Assembly (NCBI GenBank): GCA_020184695.1
Contig: JAANOX010000181.1
Location: 1-62,361, forward strand
Source: Histomonas meleagridis 2922-C6/04-290x
Lineage: Eukaryota > Protista > Parabasalia
DNA: 62,361 nt
Reading direction: 5' to 3'
The notes under the pieces were generated by a model. That model was not told the origin of the DNA. It searched no databases and saw nothing but the letters and a program-made list of their open reading frames with translations. Shown one piece after another: positions 29,720 to 41,873 of the stretch; the stretch's first letter is position 1; each line of letters starts with the position of its first letter. The position numbers were made by a program, and so were the translations under genes.

Positions 29720-32700
29720 TTATTGGATTGACATTTTCCTTTTTTTCTTTTTTCCTTTTTTATCATTACTTTCGTCATCGATATGCAAAATATTTTGTTC
29801 CTTATTAATTTCCATATATCTATACGCGTCTGTTATAATATTACTTGGGAACGACTGCGTTGTTCTTCCATATTCTATCGATTTAATATATTGTGGTATC
29901 ATATCTACGAATATTATGAAACTATTAATAGTTTTTGCGCTAATTGTAGTATCCGTTCTATATTTTGCGATAATATGTTGTAACACGTCGAAGAAGACTT
30001 GCATTCCTTCATTAATTATTTGGATACCTGAAGACACAGAGAAAGTGTTTAATAATTCGATGAAATAATTTAATGCGATTGGGAACAAATGTAAATTCTT
30101 TGTAATTATTTCATGTTCAGAAGAATATATACATTCTTTAAACAATGGTACACCTAATAACATACCGAAATAAAAGAAGAACATTATTGCGTCTGAAGTT
30201 TTTGTAATTTTATAATTATTAATTAATGAAATTTCGATAAAATGATAATTATTCAAATTAGTAAATAATTCTGCTATAAGGAATTCTTTTTCATTAGAAT
30301 TATCTACTTTTCGTTTGTTATAAGATGATGATATTATCGATGTAAAACCTGGTAAACATTTCTCAGTAATATTCATTATAGAAGTACGTAACATATCTCT
30401 AATAACTAATATATTACCTAATTTGATCATTTCATTTGCTGCTTTTTGGATTTCAACTTTATTAAATGATTCAATCCATTTAACACCATCAATATGAAAG
30501 TCTTGTAACCATAATGCGATTTCACTTGATAACTTTGTATAGATATCAAAGATTTGATACATAGTTTTACTTGCATAAGATATTAAGATAATATCTAATT
30601 GATAACCTGAATGAATACCAAAACTTGAAATTAAATGTTCAAATGAATCTAATGAAAATAATTGTGACGCAGGTTCTGTACTAAATGATTTAGAATGTGG
30701 TAAATATAATGAATTCTTATAGCCTTGTTGTAAGAATCGATGTAATTGTTCTTCTAAATTCTCAATAACTGAATGTCCAACATTAACTTCTTCTGTTAAT
30801 TTAAAATCACTATGATCTAATTTTAATTTAGAGATTAAATCTAAATAATTCACATTCTCTGTCGAACAACTATTTTCAAATATTGCTAAATATAATTTTT
30901 GAGAATATGATATACTTAAGAAGTTATAAATAGGCCAAACTAATTGTGTAGCTGCAGATATACTTGAATCAATACTATAACTATTAGGTTTACTCTTCTT
31001 AAATAAGATTTGATTTGTATTATTCGTAATATTTTCTGCAATATAACTCCTAAATTTAATATTACTATCTCCAATATCAATTGTATCTGGTATATGACCT
31101 AAACATATTTGGATTTGTCGAATTTCATTATTAAGATTTGTAAATGTTTCCATTTGTTTATCATTAAACGTTTCAATCGAATGAATAAATGGTAATGGAT
31201 TAAATAACGTTTGAAATCGATTTTGTTCAATAATTTTTGTAAATGGTGAATCTGTTAAATATGTATTTAATACTTTATTCAAATGTGTCATGATATCTGC
31301 TCGAATTGTAGTTATATTATCACGCATACCTTTTAATACTCCTTGATGTATAGACATTGATATAATATCTAAATTAAAGATCGAAAATAATTCAATAATT
31401 ACTATGTATAAATCTTTTTCACATTTCCCTTCTTTTATAAATTTGACAAAATTAGATGTAAATCGCCAAAATGTATGAATAGGACAAAAACGTAATAATG
31501 ATTGTATTGGTGATTGTGCTATTTCCATATGGAAACGAATCGTTTCTAAATGTTCAAACACTGGTTGTAAATAAGCAATTCGTTTTGTACGCTTTAATAA
31601 GTTAAAATAATGAACTAATCGTCCATGCGTATATAAAAATGGAGTAAAATCATATCGTGTACCTTTATCAAATTCTTCTAAATCTACTGTAGTTTGTAAG
31701 TCATATAATAAATCTCCTAAATATGCTGTGAATGATTGTTGCCAAGGTAATGAACCTGATGAAAATTGTTGATTAAGTTGCGCTAAATATGAACAATCAA
31801 TTGATCCTAAATTAAAGATTAAAAATCGTGAGAAATCAGTCGAATACATTATATATACTTTGACAAGTGTAACTAACATATTTAAGAGTTCAATGGATTC
31901 ATTAGTAATAGTATTAATGTTTTCAAATACAATGGATAATTCATATGATGAAAATGATGTTAACGCTGTGATTTCATGCGTTAATTTGGGAGCATACATT
32001 GGATTAAACTCAACTATACGAACAACACCTTTAAGTAAAACTAATAAATGTGTTATACGTTGTGGATGTGAAATTTGTTCTTTGATTTCTAATTGATATT
32101 TGATTTGTTCTAAGTTAACTAATGGCGCATTTTGCCATTTCTGATAAGCTTCATGTAATTCAATAAATGGGATAATGACAGTTCGTGATAATGAGATTCC
32201 ATAACTTTCAGAAAATAGTTCATTCATTAGGGCTTTGAATTGTAAATGCTTCTTAACAAAGTCTGGATATGATAATAAGAAGAAATATGACATTTCTGTA
32301 AGACATGTAAGATTTGATAATATGATATGTTCAAGATTTGGTAAGGTGGAATCTGGTTGGGTTTGAGTCTGCGTGAAAATATCAAAGTCTTGCCAATCTA
32401 TTAATGGCCATTGTCCTAATACTTGAATTAAGAATGGACCAACTTGTGATATAAGTTGACCTAAATGTGATGCAAAAATTCCTTCTTTGGTCTCAAGCAT
32501 TTGGAATGGAGAAGTGGCACATGATGAACCAAATCGATAAACTTCTAAAATATTATTAGTAAGTTGTGGCTTGGGATCAGTAATAGCTCCTAGAACAGCA
32601 ATAGCTCGAAGGTGTGAAAAGTGGAAGAAGAAAAAGATAATCTTTGAAAGCATATTAAATAGTTGACAAAAACGAATTGAAAAAAGATAGTTCCAACGGA

Positions 32701-33040
32701 TATCTAATTCAACCGAATTTTCACATAATTTAAGAAGAATTTCTCTTGTACTACGTGCCCAACTAACAATATAATCAGAATTTTGTGCAACGACTGATAA
32801 TTTAGCCTTGTATTCAGCTAAAAACTTTTTTACATTACTAGGGTATTTTTGAGTGCCTTTTCCTGTAAGGATTTTGATGTTATCTCTCACATAATTAACA
32901 ATTTCTTGGCCACGTTTTGATTTAAATTCTTCTTTTATTGCAACCTGGTTAAGAAACATACCAATCTGATCCAAGCGAGCTGTCACTAAATCGATATGAT
33001 TAAAAAGAACTTCAGCTGTGTCGAAGGCTTTCGATGTCAT
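29720..33040 (-). CDS. Nck-associated protein 1 / Hem (WAVE complex)-like protein
   Basis: 1106 aa, all-helical; size and N-terminal pattern fit NCKAP1. Family call by impression. Confidence 0.5.
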   Translation of the reverse strand: MTSKAFDTAEVLFNHIDLVTARLDQIGMFLNQVAIKEEFKSKRGQEIVNYVRDNIKILTGKGTQKYPSNVKKFLAEYKAKLSVVAQNSDYIVSWARSTREILLKLCENSVELDIRWNYLFSIRFCQLFNMLSKIIFFFFHFSHLRAIAVLGAITDPKPQLTNNILEVYRFGSSCATSPFQMLETKEGIFASHLGQLISQVGPFLIQVLGQWPLIDWQDFDIFTQTQTQPDSTLPNLEHIILSNLTCLTEMSYFFLLSYPDFVKKHLQFKALMNELFSESYGISLSRTVIIPFIELHEAYQKWQNAPLVNLEQIKYQLEIKEQISHPQRITHLLVLLKGVVRIVEFNPMYAPKLTHEITALTSFSSYELSIVFENINTITNESIELLNMLVTLVKVYIMYSTDFSRFLIFNLGSIDCSYLAQLNQQFSSGSLPWQQSFTAYLGDLLYDLQTTVDLEEFDKGTRYDFTPFLYTHGRLVHYFNLLKRTKRIAYLQPVFEHLETIRFHMEIAQSPIQSLLRFCPIHTFWRFTSNFVKFIKEGKCEKDLYIVIIELFSIFNLDIISMSIHQGVLKGMRDNITTIRADIMTHLNKVLNTYLTDSPFTKIIEQNRFQTLFNPLPFIHSIETFNDKQMETFTNLNNEIRQIQICLGHIPDTIDIGDSNIKFRSYIAENITNNTNQILFKKSKPNSYSIDSSISAATQLVWPIYNFLSISYSQKLYLAIFENSCSTENVNYLDLISKLKLDHSDFKLTEEVNVGHSVIENLEEQLHRFLQQGYKNSLYLPHSKSFSTEPASQLFSLDSFEHLISSFGIHSGYQLDIILISYASKTMYQIFDIYTKLSSEIALWLQDFHIDGVKWIESFNKVEIQKAANEMIKLGNILVIRDMLRTSIMNITEKCLPGFTSIISSSYNKRKVDNSNEKEFLIAELFTNLNNYHFIEISLINNYKITKTSDAIMFFFYFGMLLGVPLFKECIYSSEHEIITKNLHLFPIALNYFIELLNTFSVSSGIQIINEGMQVFFDVLQHIIAKYRTDTTISAKTINSFIIFVDMIPQYIKSIEYGRTTQSFPSNIITDAYRYMEINKEQNILHIDDESNDKKGKKKKRKMSIQ

Positions 33041-33368
33041 TTGATATAAAAAATTTTTTATTCAAAAATTTGCGCACTTTTATTTATAACCGGTTATTTT
33101 CGGTGAATATCAAAACCGAAAATTCAGCCGAAAAATTACATTAATTGATCGCTATTTTATCCAATAAAAACTATTATTTTATTTAATCAAGGTAAAACAT
33201 AACAATTATCGAATAAAAGAATAAATGATTAAACAAATAAATTTTTTTATACATAAAAAATGCGATTTTATTAAAAACAAAACAATGTCAAAAAATTACA
33301 ATTTTTTGAATGCTTTTTGATCGAAAATACTCAGAAATATATGTATCGTTGCAATGATACTAAAATTT

Positions 33369-35534
33369 TTATTCATGAAATTCCTTACTAATTTTATAAT
33401 ATTTATGTGAGATATTTGCCAAATTATTAGCTTTTGCCTCCAAATCATTTAGTTGCTCGCCTCTTTTCTGAGCGTTTACCAACAATTGTTGCATATTTTC
33501 TTCTAATTCACTTAATTTACTATCGACTTTTTTCATTCTTTGATATTGAAATGCACTGTCCATATCTTTCATAGTAATTTCTTTTGATCCGAAGAATTTC
33601 ATGAAAGAATTTATTTTCGGCTTTTCAATTTGAGGCTTATTTTCGAAAATTGTTCTTTTTTGTATATCTTTTTCAGGGAGATATAAATAAATTTGTTCTT
33701 TTTCGAACATTAAAAATCCTTTGAAAGGGATAAAAACGATTTTAACTTCATTTTCAAGTGATAAACAAGCAATTCTTTTCTGGGATATATCAGGCAAAGG
33801 AATTATTTGTATTGTGTCATGTAACTGAAGAATTAAAGAACCCCATTCAGTAACCATTGCATTAACGATTCCATTCATTTGAATACATTTTAGTTTCTTA
33901 AATTTGGTATCATTCGGAACAAATATAAATATATTTTCATTAGTTACAATTAATATATAATTTCCTTGATTAGTAACTTTACCTTGTTCATTAATGACTT
34001 CAAATAATATAATGTTTTCATTCATTCCACAAATTTCTTTATCTGCATTCCCTAAAATTAAATGATTCTTAACAGAAATCGTGATTTTTTGATCAGTGCC
34101 ATAGTCACGCCACATTATAGTACCTTCTGGTGGATAATAACTTTGTGAACTTTCATAAAAAAATGAATCTTGACTTAAGTCTATGAAAATTAAAATATTC
34201 CCTTTGCAACAAAATGTTAAAATTGGACGTGAATAATTAATTAATTCGAAATCTAATTTAATCATTGGTTGTTTTGCTTGGTTTGTTATATTAACAACAT
34301 TTAAATACATCGGATCATTTTGAGTGATTAACATTTGTCCATTTTTAACATGTAATGGAATTCCTGCTTTATTATCATAACATCGATAAAATTTATAATC
34401 TTTAAAATCTAAAATCTTTTTATCACTAAATATATACAAATGATTTCCATCAAGAAATGCTTTTTTAGGATCAAATAATTCCGTATAAAAATGTATATCT
34501 GGATTTAATGTTGTATCTAAGTACATTATTTTTCCTGTATGTGTAACAATTGCTACGAATTTCGGTTCCGTTCTTTGGAAGAAATTCTTATAACATATTA
34601 ATACTCCGGGAACAATTAATTCATCTTTACCTAATGAAAGTTTTTCCATGTTATTAATATATACTTTATCTCCCATTTTAGTATGAACAATTGTAATCCA
34701 ATCATTCTCAGTAATCATTCCTGTATAAATAACAGTGGAATCATTTTGTACATCTAATTTTTGTAGAATTTTATTTCCATATATTTTACATGGAAGTCCT
34801 TCATCTGTTGTTACTGATGCAGTATAATTTATAATATCAAATGATTTGGATGAAATGGAACAGTAATCTTTGTTTACCATTGTTTGGAGATTAACTTCTT
34901 CGATTTTATCATTCAAAGTGATATAAAATTTGGTGTCGCCGGATGAAAAGATTGACCGTGGATTTAAGCCTTCAAATGAATCAACATATAATTTGGTGAA
35001 TGAAAGTTCTTCAATGGAAAAACCATAAATTGATCCTTTGTCTGTGAGAATCAAGGCAAAATTGGGATAATCTGGTGGAATTGCAATGTCAACAATGTTG
35101 AATGATATGGTGGTAGCACGTAATTCTATGGAATCTTGATGAACAACCCAATGAGAAATTATTGAAGGAACTTTTCGAAATTCTGAGTTTTGTAAAAGAT
35201 CAAATGATTCACTTCCTTTGTATTCATATTTACGGAATGGATGATTATCAACAAGATATCGACTACAAGCTGATAAAAAAGTTGATGTATTGGGAAGTGA
35301 AAATAGTTTACAGATTGGCGAATATGTCGACTGATCGGAAACAAAACAATCTCCGCTTGAATTAATTACGTGGAGTTCTCCAGAAGCTGTTCCTAAAGCA
35401 ATTAATTGAAAACGTGGTTCATAAGCAATTGATACAACCTGAGTTTTAATTGATAAAGTAAGCGATTTAAGGGAAGTAGTTAATTGTTCTTCTGTTGGTG
35501 GTGGTAGATTGGCTGCAAAAAATCGCGAAATCAT
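33369..35534 (-). CDS. Tomosyn/Lgl/Sro7-like WD40 protein with C-terminal R-SNARE motif
   Basis: IAYEPRFQLIALGTASGELHV (Lgl/tomosyn N-terminus); C-terminal NAQKRGEQLNDLEAKANNL (synaptobrevin-like coil). Confidence 0.8.
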   Translation of the reverse strand: MISRFFAANLPPPTEEQLTTSLKSLTLSIKTQVVSIAYEPRFQLIALGTASGELHVINSSGDCFVSDQSTYSPICKLFSLPNTSTFLSACSRYLVDNHPFRKYEYKGSESFDLLQNSEFRKVPSIISHWVVHQDSIELRATTISFNIVDIAIPPDYPNFALILTDKGSIYGFSIEELSFTKLYVDSFEGLNPRSIFSSGDTKFYITLNDKIEEVNLQTMVNKDYCSISSKSFDIINYTASVTTDEGLPCKIYGNKILQKLDVQNDSTVIYTGMITENDWITIVHTKMGDKVYINNMEKLSLGKDELIVPGVLICYKNFFQRTEPKFVAIVTHTGKIMYLDTTLNPDIHFYTELFDPKKAFLDGNHLYIFSDKKILDFKDYKFYRCYDNKAGIPLHVKNGQMLITQNDPMYLNVVNITNQAKQPMIKLDFELINYSRPILTFCCKGNILIFIDLSQDSFFYESSQSYYPPEGTIMWRDYGTDQKITISVKNHLILGNADKEICGMNENIILFEVINEQGKVTNQGNYILIVTNENIFIFVPNDTKFKKLKCIQMNGIVNAMVTEWGSLILQLHDTIQIIPLPDISQKRIACLSLENEVKIVFIPFKGFLMFEKEQIYLYLPEKDIQKRTIFENKPQIEKPKINSFMKFFGSKEITMKDMDSAFQYQRMKKVDSKLSELEENMQQLLVNAQKRGEQLNDLEAKANNLANISHKYYKISKEFHE

Positions 35535-35642
35535 ACGATACTTAAGTTGTATGCTTTACAAATAAACATGTCAGTGTGACAACTGTATTTGAATGATTTA
35601 TTTTTTTATGGCGGCACGACCGTTAGATTTCAGGTACAAAGA

Positions 35643-37541
35643 ATGAAAAGTATACACAGAAATAAACTTCTTATGGAATACCCAAGGGAAGAATTAGAAG
35701 GGGAATTCCTTAAGAATTGTGAAATTTTAGATAAGAAGACAGCAAATGTTCATAAACTCGAACAAAAAATTCAATATTTATCTTTAAGACTTTCAAGACT
35801 CAAACAAAATATGCAATTTGCAATTACAAATCAAGGTGTTTTTGTTCAAAGTCAAACACCATTTGCATTTCGAAAATCACAAATGAATGTAAAAGAACTT
35901 CAAGAAAAAAAACTCGAATTAGAAAGTGAAATATCACATAAAAAAACGCAACTTGAAACATTAAATCGTCAAATTATTTATTTTAAATCTCTTCAAAATT
36001 TTTCATCAACAAGAAAACAAAACAAAATTTCTAGAGCACCCCAAAGTAAAGTTATCAATCTCACTTCACAAGATATTCAATATGCAATCGAAGAATTAAT
36101 AGAGAAAAACTCACTTAAACAAATGAGAAATCGCTTAATTGCTGCTAGTGCAATTTTACAAGAAGATTATAAATCTGCAGAAGAACCTTTAAAATCATTA
36201 ATGGATTCAATTGGAGAAGATATGAGTCTTTTCGATGTTCTAGAAAAATGGAAACAAATTCATGATAAAGAATCAAAAATTAATCTTTTAACAACACGTC
36301 TTAATGCGTTAGAAGAAAGATATGAAGAATTAAAGGATATTCATGAAAAGCAAGAACAACAATATGAAGAAGAACATAAAATTATTGAAAGATACCATCA
36401 AGAAGCAGCTGAGCTTGAAAGGCAGAAAGAAATCAAAGCAGCAGAAATTCAAAAAATTAAGGAATTAAAATCATATTCTGAAAAATTACAAAAAGAAGTT
36501 AATGAATTGACAAAAACAAAAGAAAAACTCCAAGATGATCAAAAAGAAAGAAATGAACAGATCAGAAAACAATTTGAAGAAGGATTTTCCAATATGAAAG
36601 GAGAAGTTAAATCACTTGAGGATGAATTATCTGATACAAATAAACAAAATGAAGCACTTGAAGAAGAGTTAAACAACATTAAACCTCAATATGAAGAGAC
36701 AAAATCTGATAGAGAAAAGGTTGAAAATACATTAAATGAACTTCAAGAAGATTATAAAAAAATATTAGAAACATTCTCAGCTATGGCTGATAGTCTTGAT
36801 TATGATCCTTTTGAAGATCAAAGGTTTTTAGTGTTCTTGTCACAGATGTCAGAAAAAAGTTGGACACCGGAGACCGTTAAAAAGTATTCAAATTCAATTG
36901 AGAAGTTAACCGCCATGCTCGATGAGCAAAAAGAAAAATTAGCAAAATATGAATCAACAGAGGATATTTTAAACAAACGCATCACTACCAAACGTCAGAA
37001 AATTTCGACGTTAGAAGAACAACTTAAAAATCTTTCACAAAATCTTGATCAAAATGATAATGATAAAAGAAAGAATTCGGATTATACAAGATCTGCCATT
37101 CACATTAAATCCTTCGAAAGTCCAAATAAGGTTGGTCAAGGTCTTGTTGAAATTGTAATATATTTTGGAAATTTCAAACCATCTCCTTCTATTGCGAAAA
37201 AAGACTCAAAGTTTTTCATTTCGTTAAGTCTTTTTGATCAAGATCCCAAAGAAACACAGTACATAGATCCTACTTTAGGTTTTTTTGATAGCAAATTATC
37301 ATTTATTTGCAAAAATGATTTCGTTCTTAAGGTTTACATAGAAAAAGGTTCCATCTTTGCCCAATTTTGCAGAGTTGCGGATGGCCGAACCTCCAAAATT
37401 GGTCAAGTCGAACTAATCTTATCGCCATTCATCGAAGGGACACGAAAGTTCACATCAACTGCAAAAATAATGAGCAACAGCGAAAGGGAAATTGGTGAAG
37501 TAACATTCGAAGCAGGAATCTCAGCTGCTCTTGCCCGGTAA
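35643..37541 (+). CDS. Coiled-coil protein with C-terminal C2 domain (RPGRIP1-like)
   Basis: Long coil followed by a beta-rich domain (FISLSLFD...FDSKLSFICKND...IGEVTF). Confidence 0.65.
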   Translation: MKSIHRNKLLMEYPREELEGEFLKNCEILDKKTANVHKLEQKIQYLSLRLSRLKQNMQFAITNQGVFVQSQTPFAFRKSQMNVKELQEKKLELESEISHKKTQLETLNRQIIYFKSLQNFSSTRKQNKISRAPQSKVINLTSQDIQYAIEELIEKNSLKQMRNRLIAASAILQEDYKSAEEPLKSLMDSIGEDMSLFDVLEKWKQIHDKESKINLLTTRLNALEERYEELKDIHEKQEQQYEEEHKIIERYHQEAAELERQKEIKAAEIQKIKELKSYSEKLQKEVNELTKTKEKLQDDQKERNEQIRKQFEEGFSNMKGEVKSLEDELSDTNKQNEALEEELNNIKPQYEETKSDREKVENTLNELQEDYKKILETFSAMADSLDYDPFEDQRFLVFLSQMSEKSWTPETVKKYSNSIEKLTAMLDEQKEKLAKYESTEDILNKRITTKRQKISTLEEQLKNLSQNLDQNDNDKRKNSDYTRSAIHIKSFESPNKVGQGLVEIVIYFGNFKPSPSIAKKDSKFFISLSLFDQDPKETQYIDPTLGFFDSKLSFICKNDFVLKVYIEKGSIFAQFCRVADGRTSKIGQVELILSPFIEGTRKFTSTAKIMSNSEREIGEVTFEAGISAALAR

Positions 37542-38305
37542 TCACCTTAACAACTATTTGTATTTGTAAATTTGTTTGTAATATTAATTTGTTTTAATTG
37601 AAGTATTACTTGTATTGATTGTTAACCAAGAAAATCAATGGTCGAATCTAATTAGAAGCTATTTAATAATTTTAATGATTGGTTAAATGTAATAATTGTC
37701 TTTTCATGTTTAATGGATGTGGCAATTGCAAAGGAAAATCAGATTTTCATTTTGGAGATTCTGCAATATTTAGAATTTGTTGGAAATAACTTTATTTTTC
37801 AACAATACGCATTTTCCCCAAAGCTTTATATATAGAAGATAATATATTATTTATTTCATTTTCCAAAAAAAGCATTTCATTTGCTTTATCAAAACGATTA
37901 TTATCATCATTGCTAACATATGTTAGTATCTGGATTTTACTTTTACTTTTTTACTTGTGCTTGTCTTTTGTACTTTGTGTGGAGCTATGAATGATAAAAA
38001 ATGCATTAAAAAATGGCCAGCGTGAAGCCTTGGTGAAATTTTTTCCCTATATCATGTCAACCGGCGAGTTCCTACATATACTAATTTGTTTACCTATTTT
38101 TTTAATTTTTTTTATAAATCATTTTTTTTTTTCTTTTTTTCATTCTTTTATTATGATAAAATTCTCTTTTATTTATTAATTTTTATCCTTATTATTTAAT
38201 AGTAACTCATTTTTTATATATTCGATATTTTGAATATTCCCTAAAAATCATTCCCCTTTAAATTTATAAATCAAAAGTGTTCTAATTATTTTGATTTAAT
38301 TAGTC

Positions 38306-38330
38306 TATATATATATATATATATATATAT
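38306..38330. repeat. (TA)n microsatellite
   Basis: About 12 TA units. Confidence 0.9.
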
Positions 38331-39070
38331 TCTTAAGAATATATATTTTTTCATACATTATTTATTATATCTTTCACAAAAATTAGACATATTGTAAATA
38401 GTTATAATATTTATGTTTTAAAAGTTAATAATATTATTTCATTAATTAATGTTTTTTTTCAAGTTAATGAAGATCAACATGTAAATTACATCATTAATTA
38501 ATGTATAATGTTCGAAAAAAAAATATATTTCAGCTAATTTATGTAATATATTTAATACATGTTAAATTATATTAGAGAACCGATGAATTGCATATTCAAG
38601 AAACAAGACACAATAAGGTATCGTCTTTATCAAAAAGTCGTCATTTTATGAGAATTTGTATCGTTTCATTAAGAGTCAACCCTTATAAAAAAATTAAAAT
38701 TAAAATAATTTAGTATTTAACAAATAGCATTAATAATTATAAATATTTTTTTGGTTTACAGATTAAAATTATTATAAATGTGTATCGATTTATTAACAAA
38801 ACAATATTTTTTTCGACGGTCACTGCATCTATTTATGTCCAATTAAAGGTTTATAATTTAATCATATGAATGCGTCTTTATCTTGACGGTAAATCCACAT
38901 ATTTCACTTAATAATTTAATAATTTTCTTTGTTTTGTTTGTTTGATGATTTTTTCATTTTTATGTACAACTTTAATAATAAAAATACTTGAAAAAAATGT
39001 AACAAATTTCTCAAAGAGATTTTTTTCAAAATATGGGAAAATAATGAATATGCAATGAATTAGAGTATAT

Positions 39071-39544
39071 TCAGTTATTGTGATTTTGGGACGCTTGATT
39101 CATAATATTTTTCATAAGGTTTGATGGAGGCTGTGACATAAATGTTCCTTTTTGAAGGTTTTCGATTAATTCGGGTGGGAGGCATCCATGGGTTGAATAA
39201 TATTGACTAACAATTTGAGCGCCTAACCAATTTACATATGATGCCATATCCGTTGGTTGTGGGAGTGTTGATATGTCATTTGCAGCGTTGATAACTGCTT
39301 CACATAATGGGTTATAATCATTTTGTTTTTGCTTGTAAGGTTCCTCAAATGAGTAACTAGATTCTTCGTTATACAAAGCTCGTTGTTCAGGAGTGTATGA
39401 AGCCCATTCTGCTGCTAATTTTTGTGATATCATTATTGGTGTTAAGTTTGGGTTTTCAATCGCAGTACGTTCTCTATTTCTGGAAATAAAAATCGTAAAT
39501 GGAGTATCTCTTGGTGGAAATCCACCTGCATCTTCTGGGATCAT
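39071..39544 (-). CDS. HMG-box protein
   Basis: TPFTIFISRNR...ENPNL...ISQKLAAEWASYTPEQRALY. Confidence 0.85.
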   Translation of the reverse strand: MIPEDAGGFPPRDTPFTIFISRNRERTAIENPNLTPIMISQKLAAEWASYTPEQRALYNEESSYSFEEPYKQKQNDYNPLCEAVINAANDISTLPQPTDMASYVNWLGAQIVSQYYSTHGCLPPELIENLQKGTFMSQPPSNLMKNIMNQASQNHNN

Positions 39545-39703
39545 GTGAAAGAAACAAAATTTCTGAAATTTTAACGTGCGAAAAAATCATTAATTCATAA
39601 ACGGGCTCCTGCCTTAAGGGTACCCTAAAAGTTGTACGTGAAATAGGAAAAGTTTATCTTATTTTATTTAAGGATAAGGTTTATTTTGGTGAGCATTTTT
39701 CGC

Positions 39704-41873
39704 TTACAAGACTTTGTGTGCTTTATTATGTTCAAGAAGTAATTGAACTATTTCTGTATTACCTTTTTCAGATGTTAATGTAAGTGCTGTTCTAAATATT
39801 TTTAATAATTTCCAAATGCTATATTTAAATATTAAAACACCAAAAAAAATATTAAATAAAATGAATAAATATCTTTAGCGTTAATATCAATTCCTTTTTG
39901 TTCAAGAAGTAATTGAACTATTTCTGTATGACAATTTAAAGATGCTTCCATAAGTGCTGTTTTGAATATTTTAAATTATTTCCAAATATTATTTTGAAAT
40001 CCAAAATTATTAAAATAAATATTAAATAAAATGAATAAATATCTTTAGCGTTAATATCAATTCCTTCTTGTTCAAGAAGTAATTTAACTATTTCTGTTCT
40101 ACCATAATAAGATGCTTTGATAAGTTCTGTATAAAATAATTTAAATAATTTCCAAATATTATTTTGAAATATCAAATTATTATAATAAATATTAAATAAA
40201 ATGAATAAATATCTTTAGCATTAATATCAATTCCTTCTTGTTCAAGAAGTAATTGAACTATTTCTGTATAACCATTTGAAGATGCTTCCATAAGTGCTGT
40301 TTTGAATATTTTAAATTATTTCCAAATATTATTTTGAAATATCAAATTATTAAAATAAATTATAAATAAAACAAATAAATATTTTTAGCATTAATATCAA
40401 TTCTTTTATTTTCAAGAAGTAATTTAACTATTTCTGTATGTCCATTTTCAGATGCATACATAAGTGCTGTCCAAAATAATTTAAATAATTTCCAAATATT
40501 TTTTTGAAATATAAAATTATTAAAATAAATATTAAATAAAACAAATAAACATCTTTATCATTCACATCAATTTCTTCAAGAAGCAATTTTACAATTTCTA
40601 TGCATCCATTAATAACAGCCCATAAAAATGCTGTCATAAATAATACATAAAAATTCCAAATATTTTATTAATACATCAAAATATTGAAAAGAGTTTGATC
40701 TTTGACATTAACATCAATTCCTTTTTGATCTAAAAAATAATAAATAAGTTCAAGATTATTTGATTTAGCTGCATATACCAAAATATCTTTAGGACGCTGA
40801 TTGGTTTCAAGGAAATATTTTACAAGAAATATATTACCGATTTCAGCTGCTTGATTAATAATGAAATTATTAATTTTCATTCCGTTTTCTTGCAAAAATT
40901 TAAATGTTTCATAATTATGATATTTAATACATTCCATCCCTAATTCTTCTAAATTGTCAATTTCAATAATTTTATTATCATAAAGATATTTAAAGATAGA
41001 ATTATGATGGAATTCAATTGCTATTTCATATGCTGCATTAAATGATGAATTATTTTGTTCGCATAAATGAATGATTTCAATATTTCCACCTGCAATTGCA
41101 TACATACCTGTATTATCTATTTCAGAACCATTCATAAGTAAATATTTAAAACATTTTCCTGATCCAAAAAATGCTGCATAATCAATTAATGTAACATCAA
41201 CTTCATTAATGAATGAACATCTTTCATAAAGTGATGGTATAACATATTGATTAAAATCAAAATCACTTTGTGATGATATTTCTTGAAGTTTTTCTACTTC
41301 ATCATTTTGAATTGTTTTTGCTATTTCATTTGGATTATGTCCTTCTTTAATTAGTTTTTTATGAAGTTCCCAATCATTCTTGGAAAGTTTTTCAATATTT
41401 TCTTTGATTTTTCGTTCAAAAAGAATACAATCATTTAAGTTTTTAAATGCTTTTTCTGACATATGATGTACGAAATATGGATTATCGTGTTGAGATTGAA
41501 TAATTTTTGGTTCTAACAGTTCATTTTCTATTAGCATTTCAAGAAGATAATCTGATTCTTGTGTTCCACGAATGAGTAGAAAACGAGTGAATATATTTAA
41601 AAAATTTGATTTAATTTTATTACTTTCTAATACCAATTCCTTAATAAAATTAATATAGATTTGTGAGTCTTGGATTTTTATGGCAAAGGAATTGTATAAA
41701 ATTTGACTAACAACTGTGTTATAAGATATATTATTGATATATTCAAATTTGTTAATTATTGATTTTACTGATTGAGAAATATTTTCTTTGTTCAAATTAA
41801 AAATTATCTTTTCAATCGATGTAAGGAAATTCCATTCATTTTTGGTTTGATTTGTCATTTTCTTGCTTGACAT
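39704..41873 (-). CDS. Ankyrin-repeat gene A: 401-aa open 5' part followed by six ankyrin modules, each preceded by an AT-rich insert
   Basis: ORF 40668-41873 stops inside the first insert. Intact modules at 40551-40634, 40381-40470, 40211-40300, 40041-40130, 39871-39960 and 39704-39790. Inserts at 40635-40697 (63 nt) and five of 80 nt. Confidence 0.75.
39791..40550 (-). repeat. 170-bp tandem array (90-nt ankyrin coding block plus 80-nt insert)
   Basis: Insert starts at 39791, 39961, 40131, 40301 and 40471: exact 170-nt period. Confidence 0.95.

Noticed and set aside
37600-37980. Coding-like stretch on the minus strand between the C2 and HMG genes
   Set aside because: Multiple stops and no recognisable family; cannot be supported as a gene or pseudogene.
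39791-40697. Canonical GT-AG or GC-AG introns ending at the ACAG of each module
   Set aside because: There is no consistent GT donor, two inserts lack GT entirely, GC/GT sites in the upstream module give the wrong phase or delete half the repeat, and ACAG is explained by the Thr-Ala codons.
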